NCBI GenBank assembly: GCA_043803945.1
Contig: JAZDJN010000010.1
Span: 1-64,000, forward strand
Direction of reading: 5' to 3'
DNA length: 64,000 bases
Source of the DNA: a bacterium
Lineage (GTDB): Bacteria > Bacteroidota > Ignavibacteria > UBA10030
Shown: positions 1 to 8,214 of the stretch, piece by piece
Position numbering within the stretch: position 1 is the first letter of the stretch
How the letters are laid out: each line of letters starts with the position of its first letter
Program-made: the position numbers and the translations under genes
The notes under the pieces: model-generated
Seen by the model: only the letters and a program-made list of their open reading frames with translations
Databases searched by the model: none
What the model was told of the DNA's origin: nothing

Positions 1-36
1 CTGTCGCAGCCTCCTTACTTTTCTGTCTGATACCAT
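1..36 (-). CDS. istA: IS21-family transposase IstA, N-terminal 12 codons (partial)
   Basis: MVSDRKVRRLRQ resembles the 'MVTDQQVRRL' start of IS21 transposases; AGGAG upstream; runs off the window edge. Confidence 0.6.
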   Translation of the reverse strand, partial: MVSDRKVRRLRQ

Positions 37-140
37 TCGACCTGACTCCTGATTGTGGTCAAATAGTATACTGCCTTTTCAGGCTGCGAGGTGGGTAATT
101 CTAATTGTCGCCAAGGAGTATCTCTAAATGTCGTCAATCA
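1..140 (-). mobile_element. Left end of an IS21-family insertion sequence (element continues out of the window)
   Basis: Minus strand begins 5'-TGATTGACGACATTTAGAGATAC-N5-GGCGACAATTAGAATTAC: TG terminus plus two imperfect 18-bp repeats at 118-135 and 95-112 (23-bp period), typical of IS21 ends. It is followed by TATACT, an AGGAG and an IstA-like start. Confidence 0.7.
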
Positions 141-275
141 GGCTAACTGATGATATCGTTCAAGCACCTCTTTTCCGATTTCATCATTAGCTGCTCGTTC
201 AAACGCCTCTCCAAGTTCAATCTGCTCCTGCTCTGAAAGCATCCGCTCACTCATTGGAAAAAGAATGTCATTCTC
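138..275 (-). pseudogene. C-terminal remnant of a hemerythrin-domain protein
   Basis: Manual translation ENDILFPMSERMLSEQEQIELGEAFERAANDEIGKEVLERYHQLA* matches the hemerythrin 'KEnxILFP' helix. An in-frame TAA lies directly upstream and the stop codon is supplied by the IS21 terminus. Confidence 0.6.
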
Positions 276-328
276 TTATTTGTGGTGATAGATAAATGCG
301 CATTCTCTTACCGAGTGATACCACCTCA

Positions 329-1186
329 TTAATCGTTCGGTCCATACTCCTGAACCTGGCCCCGTTGGTGTTGATATAACGGCGAATCGATATTGGAGAA
401 GCGGCGTAAATATTCTTCACCTGAGATGCTGTTTCTCCAATGGCCAGTGAGCATTGCAAGCCCGGTAATAGCAATGAATACACCGGCTGTTAGTAAGCCG
501 AAAATCCAAGAAGGAACCGGTTTCTCACCCTGTTTTGTCCGAAGCTCCAGTGTGTTTTTCACCAGGCAGACTTCTATGCAACTGTAACACGCCGTGCACT
601 CATCACTCCACACTCGGTTGACTGCATGGATTTTAATATTTGTCGGACACATCTTCGTACACAATTGACAATCCGTGCATGTCTCTTTCCGTCGTGTGAT
701 CTTTAAGGGGCTGAAGAAACTGAACACTCCAAGTAATGCACCATAGGGACAAAGATACCGACACCAGAAATTTTTAATGACGACCGACAGCAAGATAAGA
801 ATGAGTATCGTCCATAATGCAAATGAACTGATTTCGGCAAAGAACAGATACATCTTGACATCTGCCATTTTATTGTATGGACTATAAAGGAATGCTGCTA
901 AACTCGGGAGATCCATTGGCCAGATCGAGAATGTGAAAAAGAACAACAGGAGATATTTCAGCGATCGCAACGGGTAATCAAGCCACCGGTTGACAATGAG
1001 GTTTTTCTTGAAGAGTTTTTGACCGAACATCCAGAGCGACTCGCTCAAGGTGCCCACCGGACAAAGCCAGCTGCAGAATGCTTTCTTCAAGAAGAATCCG
1101 GTTGCCAGAATCGCAATAAAAATGAATATAGTGTAAAAAAAATCATCGTAATGAACGATACTCAGGTTTGCGCATCTCCTGAGCAA
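329..1186 (-). CDS. Membrane 4Fe-4S binding protein (NapH/MauN-like), apparently 5'-truncated
   Basis: FCSWLCPVG and WCRYLCPYG motifs plus two CxxCxxCxxxC clusters and transmembrane helices. The annotated TTG start lies inside the Rrf2 gene and the usual N-terminal segment seems absent. Confidence 0.75.
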   Translation of the reverse strand: MLRRCANLSIVHYDDFFYTIFIFIAILATGFFLKKAFCSWLCPVGTLSESLWMFGQKLFKKNLIVNRWLDYPLRSLKYLLLFFFTFSIWPMDLPSLAAFLYSPYNKMADVKMYLFFAEISSFALWTILILILLSVVIKNFWCRYLCPYGALLGVFSFFSPLKITRRKETCTDCQLCTKMCPTNIKIHAVNRVWSDECTACYSCIEVCLVKNTLELRTKQGEKPVPSWIFGLLTAGVFIAITGLAMLTGHWRNSISGEEYLRRFSNIDSPLYQHQRGQVQEYGPND

Positions 1187-1580
1187 CTTCTGCGATATTC
1201 TTATTCACAAGCATTTTATAAATTGATTCACGAATCGCTCCCCAATGTTCGTGGACAGCGCATGGATTCTTTCCTCCACAGTCAGGAAAACCCACCACGC
1301 ACTTAGTAGAAAAATCTATACCATCAATAGCCTCAACGATGTGAAAGAGTGTTATATCTTTCGCCGCCATTCCAAGTGCAAATCCCCCAGTGGGACCTTT
1401 TAAGGATGAGAGTAAACCCTTACGTGCAAGGTCCTGTAAAATTTTTCCGAGAAAATGATACGGGATCCCAAGTTTCTCAGTCATCTCTTTGATTGAGGTC
1501 ATCTGCCCTTCTGGTTTCAGGGCAAGATAGGACACTGCTTGAAGCGCATATTCACATTGTCTGCTAAAAAGGATACTCAT
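1143..1580 (-). CDS. Rrf2 family transcriptional regulator
   Basis: YALQAV...YHFLGKILQDL...SLKGPTGGF winged-helix signature and C-terminal Cys cluster (CVVGFPDCGGKNPCAVH). Confidence 0.93.
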   Translation of the reverse strand: MSILFSRQCEYALQAVSYLALKPEGQMTSIKEMTEKLGIPYHFLGKILQDLARKGLLSSLKGPTGGFALGMAAKDITLFHIVEAIDGIDFSTKCVVGFPDCGGKNPCAVHEHWGAIRESIYKMLVNKNIAEVAQEMRKPEYRSLR

Positions 1581-1604
1581 CTCATTTCCAGATATCTTTG
1601 TCTT

Positions 1605-1633
1605 AAATTACAATATCGACCTCCATTTGTCAA
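1605..1633 (-). promoter_or_regulatory. sigma70-type promoter of the Rrf2 gene
   Basis: TTGACA-17 bp-TAATTT on the minus strand, about 25 bp before the ATG. Confidence 0.6.
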
Positions 1634-1939
1634 GAAAAATATTCTCCCAATTTCTTCATTCTGGAGAAAGAATCGAAAAGCTCTTTGCATGGATAGGAAA
1701 CTTCAACCTCACTCTCTCCAAAAATTTGAAATCGGCAAATAAAGTCAATAAATACCGTATGAATTCAATGGCGATAATGCAATTCCAAAGGAGAACTCTG
1801 GCATAGGCATTGCCTTTTACCCAATACTAAAGGGATCCCATTTTATCGGTTTTTAGACTTTTTTTTGTACACTTGGTTGGGATGGTGAATCACCCATTCC
1901 CTGTATCTTCTATTATTCTTACATTCTTGAGGAGTTCAT

Positions 1940-3058
1940 ATGGCAAAATATAAAATTGCATGGTTACCCGGCGACGGAATCGGCATCGAGGTACTCGCCG
2001 CGACAAAGATTGTATTGGATAAAATCGGATTAGATGCTGAATACACCCACGGCGATATCGGCTGGGATTTCTGGTGCAAGGAGGGCGACGCTTTCCCGCA
2101 GCGAACAATCGATTTGTTGAAGAATGTCGATGCAGCACTCTTTGGAGCGATCACATCGAAACCCGTGAAAGCTGCTCAATCTGAGTTGATCCCGGAGCTG
2201 CAATCGAAGGGGCTCACCTATCGCTCACCAATCGTCCGAATGCGGCAGCTCTTCGATCTCTATAATTGTCTCCGGCCATGCAAAGCATATCCGGGCAATC
2301 CTCTGAACTTCAAGGAAGGAATTGACCTTGTTGTGTTCCGCGAGAATACAGAAGATCTCTATGCCGGAGTCGAGTTTGCCCCGGTCCCTCAGGAACTCAT
2401 CGATACATTGACCAGGCTCGCCAAACCTTTTGCCCATTTCGCCAAGGTGGCTCCCGATCAGTTCGCTATCTCATGCAAGATAAACACAAAAGCAGGATCA
2501 CTCCGGATCGTCCGCTCTGCATTTGAGTTCGCACGCAAGTTCAGTCGTAAGAAGGTGACAGTCGTGCATAAGGCAAATGTCGTTCGTGCTACCGACGGGC
2601 TCTTTCTTGAAGCGGCAAAAGAAGTCGCCAAGGAGTATCCCGAAATCAAAATGGACGATGCCAACATTGACGCAATGACCATGTGGCTGCTGAAGAATCC
2701 TTTCAACTACGATGTGCTCGTGGCACCGAATTTGTACGGAGATATTATTTCCGACCTCTGTGCACAGATGGTCGGCGGTCTTGGATTCGGATGTTCCGGG
2801 AACATTGGAGAGAAGCTTGCGGTGTTCGAACCGACCCATGGTTCAGCTCCGAAATATTACGGCATGAACAAGTGCAATCCTCTCGCCACCATCCTTGCGG
2901 CCAAGATGATGTTAGATTGGCTGGGGGAGACTGACAAAGGTGTAGCACTCGAAAAAGCAGTGGCCGAGGTAATCAAAGAAGGAATAGTTCGAACGTATGA
3001 CATGGGCGGATCGAACTCCACGACAGAAATGGCAGTGGAAGTAACTCAGAAACTGTAA
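1940..3058 (+). CDS. Isocitrate/isopropylmalate dehydrogenase family, homoisocitrate-dehydrogenase-like
   Basis: LPGDGIGIEV, FRENTEDLY, HKANV, PNLYGDIISD and FEPTHGSAP motifs; specificity segment YRSPIVRMR. Confidence 0.9.
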   Translation: MAKYKIAWLPGDGIGIEVLAATKIVLDKIGLDAEYTHGDIGWDFWCKEGDAFPQRTIDLLKNVDAALFGAITSKPVKAAQSELIPELQSKGLTYRSPIVRMRQLFDLYNCLRPCKAYPGNPLNFKEGIDLVVFRENTEDLYAGVEFAPVPQELIDTLTRLAKPFAHFAKVAPDQFAISCKINTKAGSLRIVRSAFEFARKFSRKKVTVVHKANVVRATDGLFLEAAKEVAKEYPEIKMDDANIDAMTMWLLKNPFNYDVLVAPNLYGDIISDLCAQMVGGLGFGCSGNIGEKLAVFEPTHGSAPKYYGMNKCNPLATILAAKMMLDWLGETDKGVALEKAVAEVIKEGIVRTYDMGGSNSTTEMAVEVTQKL

Positions 3059-3105
3059 GAGTACGAGAATTGAAGATGAGGCTGACCATAAAGTATTTTC
3101 TGGTG

Positions 3106-3254
3106 CGAAGGCGTCCCCGCCAGACTGCATGGCGCCTGTCTGCCAAAGCGGCAGCGCAGGCAGTGGTTGGCTCGCCAAGCATATTAGTTTCGCTCTTTCC
3201 CTCGGCGACCTGCCCGGTATGACTGATCCTATTGAGCAGACGGAGACGCCTTCG
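3106..3254. repeat. Palindromic intergenic element with nested hairpins (REP/MITE-like)
   Basis: 14-bp inverted repeat with one mismatch (CGAAGGCGTCCCCG at 3106, CGGAGACGCCTTCG at 3241) enclosing CAGAC..GTCTG and CTGCC-AAAGC-GGCAG hairpins. Confidence 0.5.
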
Positions 3255-3313
3255 GGTTAGCGTTATATTTTCTTATTAGTCATCCTCCAACGTATAGCTC
3301 TCACTGACAACCT

Positions 3314-4219
3314 ATGAACAACATCATTATTCATGAAGTTGGCCTGCGCGATGGTTTGCAGATGGAAAAGCAGACCGTACCAACCGAACAAAAAATCAAA
3401 TGGGCGGATGCTCTGATATCGGCAGGAGTTGATATTCTCCAGCTCGGATCGTTCGTTCACCCGACGAAGATGCCGCAGATGGCGGACACTGACGAGCTCT
3501 TCAAATACTTCACACAGCAAGGGCGCAAACCGGAACGGGTCACTCTCTCAGGCCTTGTGCTGAATGAAAAAGGACTCGAACGCGGCGAAGCATGCGGCGT
3601 TGAGATGTATTGCATGGGTGTTTCGGCGAGTGAAACCCACAGCCAGAAAAATACCGGCATGTCGACTGCAGAAGCAACGCAACGGATTATTACAGCGGCA
3701 AAGGCGGCACTCTCTGCCGGCAAGCGAGTACAGGTTTCTGTCCAATCGGCTTTTGGCTGCGGATTCGAGGGTGCCATTCCTCACGAACGAGTACTTGGCA
3801 TCATCAGAAATTATCTCGATGTGGGATTGAAGAATATCAGCCTTGCCGACTCCGCAGGTCACGCCCATCCGGAGCAAGTCACGAAATTATTTGCTGCAAT
3901 CTTTTCCCTCGATCCCGCGATCGAAGCGACCTGCCATTTCCATAACACCTATGGATTAGGAATGGCGAACTGCTACGCTGCGATGGATATTGGTGTGAAG
4001 TACTTTGAAACTTCTCTGGCGGGATTAGGAGGATGTCCATTCACGAAAGTAGCCGCTGGTAATGTCTGCACTGAGGATTTCGTCAACGCTCTTCATCGAA
4101 CAGGCAGGAGAAGAGATATCGATCTTTCAAAGCTGATCCTGACCGCGCAAGACCTTGGTGCATTTTTTCAGCGTGATATGCCGGGCCTTGTCCATAAAAC
4201 AGGCGGATTAGGGTACTAA
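3314..4219 (+). CDS. HMG-CoA lyase family (DRE-TIM) acyl-CoA lyase
   Basis: EVGLRDGLQ, LADSAG, HFHNTYGLG and GLGGCPF...GNVCTED motifs. Confidence 0.92.
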   Translation: MNNIIIHEVGLRDGLQMEKQTVPTEQKIKWADALISAGVDILQLGSFVHPTKMPQMADTDELFKYFTQQGRKPERVTLSGLVLNEKGLERGEACGVEMYCMGVSASETHSQKNTGMSTAEATQRIITAAKAALSAGKRVQVSVQSAFGCGFEGAIPHERVLGIIRNYLDVGLKNISLADSAGHAHPEQVTKLFAAIFSLDPAIEATCHFHNTYGLGMANCYAAMDIGVKYFETSLAGLGGCPFTKVAAGNVCTEDFVNALHRTGRRRDIDLSKLILTAQDLGAFFQRDMPGLVHKTGGLGY

Positions 4220-4237
4220 TGTTTTTTCTTATCTATT

Positions 4238-4329
4238 GAGCCACAGAGGCACTGAGCACACAGAGAAGAAATTTCTAAAGACTAATTTCACTATTATGCT
4301 CTGCGTTCTCTTTGTCTCAGTGTCAACTC
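4238..4329. repeat. Imperfect inverted repeat of the CACAGAG type (REP-like)
   Basis: CACAGAGGCACTGAGCACACAGAG pairs imperfectly with CTCTGCGTTCTCTTTGTCTCAGTG around an AT-rich spacer. Confidence 0.5.
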
Positions 4330-4396
4330 CAATGTATGCTGAGCTATAAAATTTTTCATTTTTAGCTTTTAATTTTTAATTGACCATAGGTATCAT

Positions 4397-5590
4397 ATGA
4401 AGCTCTTAGAAGGTATTCGTGTTCTTGACCTGACCAATGTGTTGTCGGGTCCATTTGCAACGTTGCATCTGGCGCTGGCCGGAGCAGAGGTTATCAAGAT
4501 CGAAAATCCCACCGACGGCGATCTTGCCAGGAAACTTGGCTGCGTACCGAAGTACAATCAGATGCTGATGGGGACCAGTTTTCTTGCACAGAATGCAAAC
4601 AAGAAATCTCTCACCTTGAATCTTAAAGCCCCGGAGGGGAAAGAAATTTTCAAGAAACTCGTGAAGACAGCAGATGTCGTGGTTGAAAATTTCCGGCCTG
4701 ATGTCATGACTCGCCTTGGTCTCTCCTATAAAGTTCTTAGCGAGATCAATCCAAAGATCATCTATTGTGCAATTTCAGGATTTGGCCAAACAGGTCCGGA
4801 TGCACTCAAACCTGCCTACGATCAAATTATTCAAGGATTAAGCGGAGAGATGGCAATCAACGGCGATGAGCGATTAAGTCCGCTGCGAGCCGGTTTCCCG
4901 GTGTGCGATACGGTTGGCGGATTAAATGCCGCATTTGCCATTATGGGCGCTCTCTACTATCGGCAGAAAACCGGAGAGGGGCAGTTTATCGATGTCGCAC
5001 TCCTCGATTCCATCATGCCGCTGATGGGCTGGGTCGTCGCAAATCTGATGATTGGCGGCCAGCAGCCGGTGCTGATGGGGAACGATAACTTTACGGCAGC
5101 TCCTTCGGGTGTCTTCAGGACGAAGGATGGATTCATCAACATCGCAGCGAATAAGCAGGATCAGTGGGAATCTGTCGCCGATGTGCTCGGTGTTCCGGAA
5201 TTGAAAACCGATCCGCGCTTCCAGGAACGCGACACGAGGAAAAAGAACCGGAAAGAACTGACACCGCTCCTCGAAGCAACCCTCACCCAGAAAGAGACAG
5301 CAATTTGGGTCGACGAACTGAATACGAAAGATGTGCCAGCCGGCGCTATCCTCTCCCTTAACGCTGCAGTCACACAAGAGCAGGTGAAACACCGGCATGC
5401 CTTCGGTAAAGTGACTGTCGATGGTATCGGGGATCTCGAGCTTTTCAATATGACTGCAAAATTTTCCAAGACACCCGGTGTTGTGGAGGCACCGCCCCCC
5501 AAGCTCAGTCAGCACACCAAAGAAGTATTGACAGGACTGGGATATTCGGAAGAAGAAATTACGAAGTTTAAGGAAGCAAAAATCATTTAA
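4397..5590 (+). CDS. Class III CoA-transferase (CaiB/BaiF family)
   Basis: LEGIRVLDLT..GP, GAEVIKIE, NANKKSLTLNLK, ADVVVENFRP and ISGFGQTGP...AYD motifs. Confidence 0.95.
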   Translation: MKLLEGIRVLDLTNVLSGPFATLHLALAGAEVIKIENPTDGDLARKLGCVPKYNQMLMGTSFLAQNANKKSLTLNLKAPEGKEIFKKLVKTADVVVENFRPDVMTRLGLSYKVLSEINPKIIYCAISGFGQTGPDALKPAYDQIIQGLSGEMAINGDERLSPLRAGFPVCDTVGGLNAAFAIMGALYYRQKTGEGQFIDVALLDSIMPLMGWVVANLMIGGQQPVLMGNDNFTAAPSGVFRTKDGFINIAANKQDQWESVADVLGVPELKTDPRFQERDTRKKNRKELTPLLEATLTQKETAIWVDELNTKDVPAGAILSLNAAVTQEQVKHRHAFGKVTVDGIGDLELFNMTAKFSKTPGVVEAPPPKLSQHTKEVLTGLGYSEEEITKFKEAKII

Positions 5591-5605
5591 CGAAAGGAGA
5601 TTCCA

Positions 5606-6904
5606 ATGGGAATGACTGTTGTTGAGAAAATTCTTGCTCGTGCATCAGGCTTGCCATCGGTGAAAGCAGGCGATGTTGTCGAGCTGAAAGTCGATCTCGC
5701 AATGTCACATGAAAATGCCGCACTCGTGATCAGCCAATTTGACGAGATTTATAAAGGTACGGATCTGCCTGCAGTAATTTGGGACACTTCAAGAATCAGT
5801 ATCATTTTTGATCATCGTGTCCCGGCCGAATCACCGAAAACTGCATCGAATCAAAAAAAGATTCGAGACTATGTCGGTGCACAGGGCATCGCGAAGTTTC
5901 ATGACATTCGCGGCGATGTTGGCGGCATCTGTCATCAGATCCTTCCGGAGAATGGATATGTGAGGCCGGGCTTTGTCGTGGTCGGAACCGATTCACATAC
6001 AACAAGCCATGGTGCTCTTGGTGCATTCGCGTTTGGTATTGGAGCAACCGAAATGGCAAGTGTCTGGGCGCTTGGCAGCGTGATGAATGTCGAAGTGCCG
6101 GCAACCATTAAAGTTGTTGTCAAAGGAACGTTTAAAAAATTTGTCGGGCCCAAAGATTTGATCCTCCACCTCGTCGGTACGCTCACGGCGGAAGGAGCGA
6201 ATTTTAAAGTCATCGAATTCCACGGCCCCGCCATCAAGAAAATGTCGACATCCGGTCGTCTCGTCATCTGTAATATGACGGTTGAAGCAGGAGCCACCTC
6301 CGGCATCGTGCCCGCTGATGAAGAGACAGTACGGTATCTCAAGAAGGAAGCAGGCGTGAAAGCAAAGCTGACATTGGTTAAACCTGATAAAGATGCCGGC
6401 TATGAACAGGTGATAACCATTGATGTTTCAAAACTCACGCCTCAGATTGCATGCCCTCATACAGTGGACAATGTGAAGCCGATCAAGGAAGTTGTCGATA
6501 CAAAGATCAACCAGATCGTTATCGGATCCTGCACGAATGGCCGACTGGATGACCTTGAAATAGCTGCGAAAATATTGAGGGGAAAAAAAGTTGCAAAAGG
6601 AACGCGCATGCTTGTCTTCCCGGCATCAGGCCGTATTTATAATAAAGCCCTGGCAAAAGGGTATATCGGCGAGTTTATGAAAGCCGGTGCCGTGGTAATG
6701 AATCCCGGCTGCGGACCGTGTCTTGGAGTTCATGAGGGTGCTTTGGGTGACGGCGAGGTTGCTCTCTCCACCACCAATAGAAACTTCAAAGGCCGCATGG
6801 GTAATCCGAATTCCGAAGTGTACCTCTGCTCTCCTGCTGTTGCAGCGGCATCGGCGATTACAGGAGTTATTACAGATCCAACGAAGATGAAAGGAGGAAA
6901 GTAA
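5606..6904 (+). CDS. 3-isopropylmalate dehydratase / homoaconitase large subunit
   Basis: DHRVP, GICHQ, GTDSHT, GSCTNGR, NPGCGPCLG (three 4Fe-4S cysteines) and STTNRNFKGRMG. Confidence 0.93.
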   Translation: MGMTVVEKILARASGLPSVKAGDVVELKVDLAMSHENAALVISQFDEIYKGTDLPAVIWDTSRISIIFDHRVPAESPKTASNQKKIRDYVGAQGIAKFHDIRGDVGGICHQILPENGYVRPGFVVVGTDSHTTSHGALGAFAFGIGATEMASVWALGSVMNVEVPATIKVVVKGTFKKFVGPKDLILHLVGTLTAEGANFKVIEFHGPAIKKMSTSGRLVICNMTVEAGATSGIVPADEETVRYLKKEAGVKAKLTLVKPDKDAGYEQVITIDVSKLTPQIACPHTVDNVKPIKEVVDTKINQIVIGSCTNGRLDDLEIAAKILRGKKVAKGTRMLVFPASGRIYNKALAKGYIGEFMKAGAVVMNPGCGPCLGVHEGALGDGEVALSTTNRNFKGRMGNPNSEVYLCSPAVAAASAITGVITDPTKMKGGK

Positions 6905-6908
6905 GAGT

Positions 6909-7415
6909 ATGGCAAAGGTCGTCTATAAACTTGGCGCTGATATCTCCACCGATATCATTTATCCCGGCCGGTATATGGCTACAGTGCTTCCGACGGAAAC
7001 TCCACAATTCGCATTTGTCGACATCAAAGAATTGAACGAGAAGCTGAAAGCTAAACAAATTCCGCCTGGCAGTGTAATCGTTGCCGGAAAGAATTTCGGC
7101 TGCGGATCTTCACGCGAGCAGGCAGTCTCTGCTCTGAAAGGGTATGAGCTGATTATTGTCGCTCCGAACTTCGCGCGGATCTTTTTACAGAACGGCATCA
7201 ACCTCGGGCTCCGGACAGTCTCGTGCCCCGGTATCGAAGCGAATGAAGGGGATGAACTTGACGTGACGGAGACTGAAGTAATCAATAAGACATCCGGTAA
7301 GACCTTCCACATCGAGCCGCTGCCGAAAGCCCGGCAGGCAATTGTGGAAGCCGGCGGATTGATTGCTTACACACGGAAGCGAGTGATTGAAAAAGCTGGC
7401 AAAGCCGCTTCGTAG
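6909..7415 (+). CDS. 3-isopropylmalate dehydratase / homoaconitase small subunit
   Basis: DISTDIIYPGRY, AGKNFGCGSSREQA and FARIFLQNGINLGL motifs. Confidence 0.93.
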   Translation: MAKVVYKLGADISTDIIYPGRYMATVLPTETPQFAFVDIKELNEKLKAKQIPPGSVIVAGKNFGCGSSREQAVSALKGYELIIVAPNFARIFLQNGINLGLRTVSCPGIEANEGDELDVTETEVINKTSGKTFHIEPLPKARQAIVEAGGLIAYTRKRVIEKAGKAAS

Positions 7416-7437
7416 TCCATAACTTCATTAACTAAAC

Positions 7438-7475
7438 AACCCCTTCCCGGAGATTCGTGGAGGGGTTTGCTTATT
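7438..7475 (+). terminator. Probable intrinsic terminator after the organic-acid cluster
   Basis: AACCCCTTCC...GGAGGGGTT stem followed by T-rich bases. A second hairpin (ATCCCGAC/GTCAGGAT, 7495-7519) lies between the convergent genes. Confidence 0.5.
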
Positions 7476-7536
7476 CGTGGTTGAGAATAAACAGATCCCG
7501 ACTTAAGAAATGTCAGGATGACTGCATAAGACGCAG

Positions 7537-7850
7537 TCATTTCACTAGCATCATTGCTTTGCGGGCGATTTGTTTAGTACCGGAGTTCTCGGTTGTTGTG
7601 AGCACATAGATGTACGCCCCACTGGCATAGCGCGAGGCATCGAACGTCTCCTTGAAATACCCTGCCGCCTTCTCCGCATCCACCAGCGTTGTTACCTGCT
7701 GACCAAGCATGTTGAAGATTCTCAGATTGATGTGTGCTTCTTTCGGCAACTGATACGCAATGGTCGTTGACGGGTTGAACGGATTCGGATAGTTCTGGAA
7801 CAGCTCAAACGTCTCCGGCGGCGAGACCTTTATCGCAATCTCCTTCTCCC
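7537..7850 (-). repeat. Copy 1 of a ~310-bp near-identical T9SS-CTD coding segment (copy 2 at 12607-12920)
   Basis: Long identical runs such as TCTCCGCATCCACCAGCGTTGTTACCTGCTGACCAAGCATGTTGAAGATTCTCAGATTGATGTGTGCTTCTTTCG occur in both copies. Confidence 0.95.
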
Positions 7851-8172
7851 ATCGGTTGCCATCTTTCGAGGTGATGACAAACTTCAGCTTTGTGTCGCTC
7901 CCCACCGGCGCTGAGTTGTCCAGAGAGAAACTGAACGTGACGGGCAGCTCCTGCTTTCCTTTTAGCAGCGCTAAAACTTGTTTCTGTTGTGTATAGCTTA
8001 CCCAGGCTGGCACATCGACCACCTCGATCGATATCGCTGTGAGTGCTTCGGAAGAGGAGTTGCTGATTGTTAACTCGATAGTATTCCCTTTCGAGGCAAA
8101 GGGGATGGTATAGATCTGCTGTGCGGTGGTGACGGTTGCCAGCAGAAGCAAGAGCAAAAGTGTTTTAGGCAT
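7537..8172 (-). CDS. Small secreted protein: one Ig-like domain plus T9SS type A C-terminal sorting domain (cassette A, gene 3)
   Basis: Signal peptide MPKTLLLLLLLATVTTA|Q with AGGAG upstream; C-terminus FELFQNYPNPFNPSTTI...SGAYIYVL...KAMMLVK. Confidence 0.88.
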   Translation of the reverse strand: MPKTLLLLLLLATVTTAQQIYTIPFASKGNTIELTISNSSSEALTAISIEVVDVPAWVSYTQQKQVLALLKGKQELPVTFSFSLDNSAPVGSDTKLKFVITSKDGNRWEKEIAIKVSPPETFELFQNYPNPFNPSTTIAYQLPKEAHINLRIFNMLGQQVTTLVDAEKAAGYFKETFDASRYASGAYIYVLTTTENSGTKQIARKAMMLVK

Positions 8173-8214
8173 GTCGTTTTCTCCCTTGACTATCATCATT
8201 CTCTGAGCTGAGTT

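Noticed and set aside
1940-7415. Plain leuBCD leucine biosynthesis operon
   Set aside because: No leuA or ilv genes, the dehydrogenase lacks the IPMDH 'E.gLL.lR' segment, and lyase and CoA-transferase genes are interleaved, so gene symbols were withheld.
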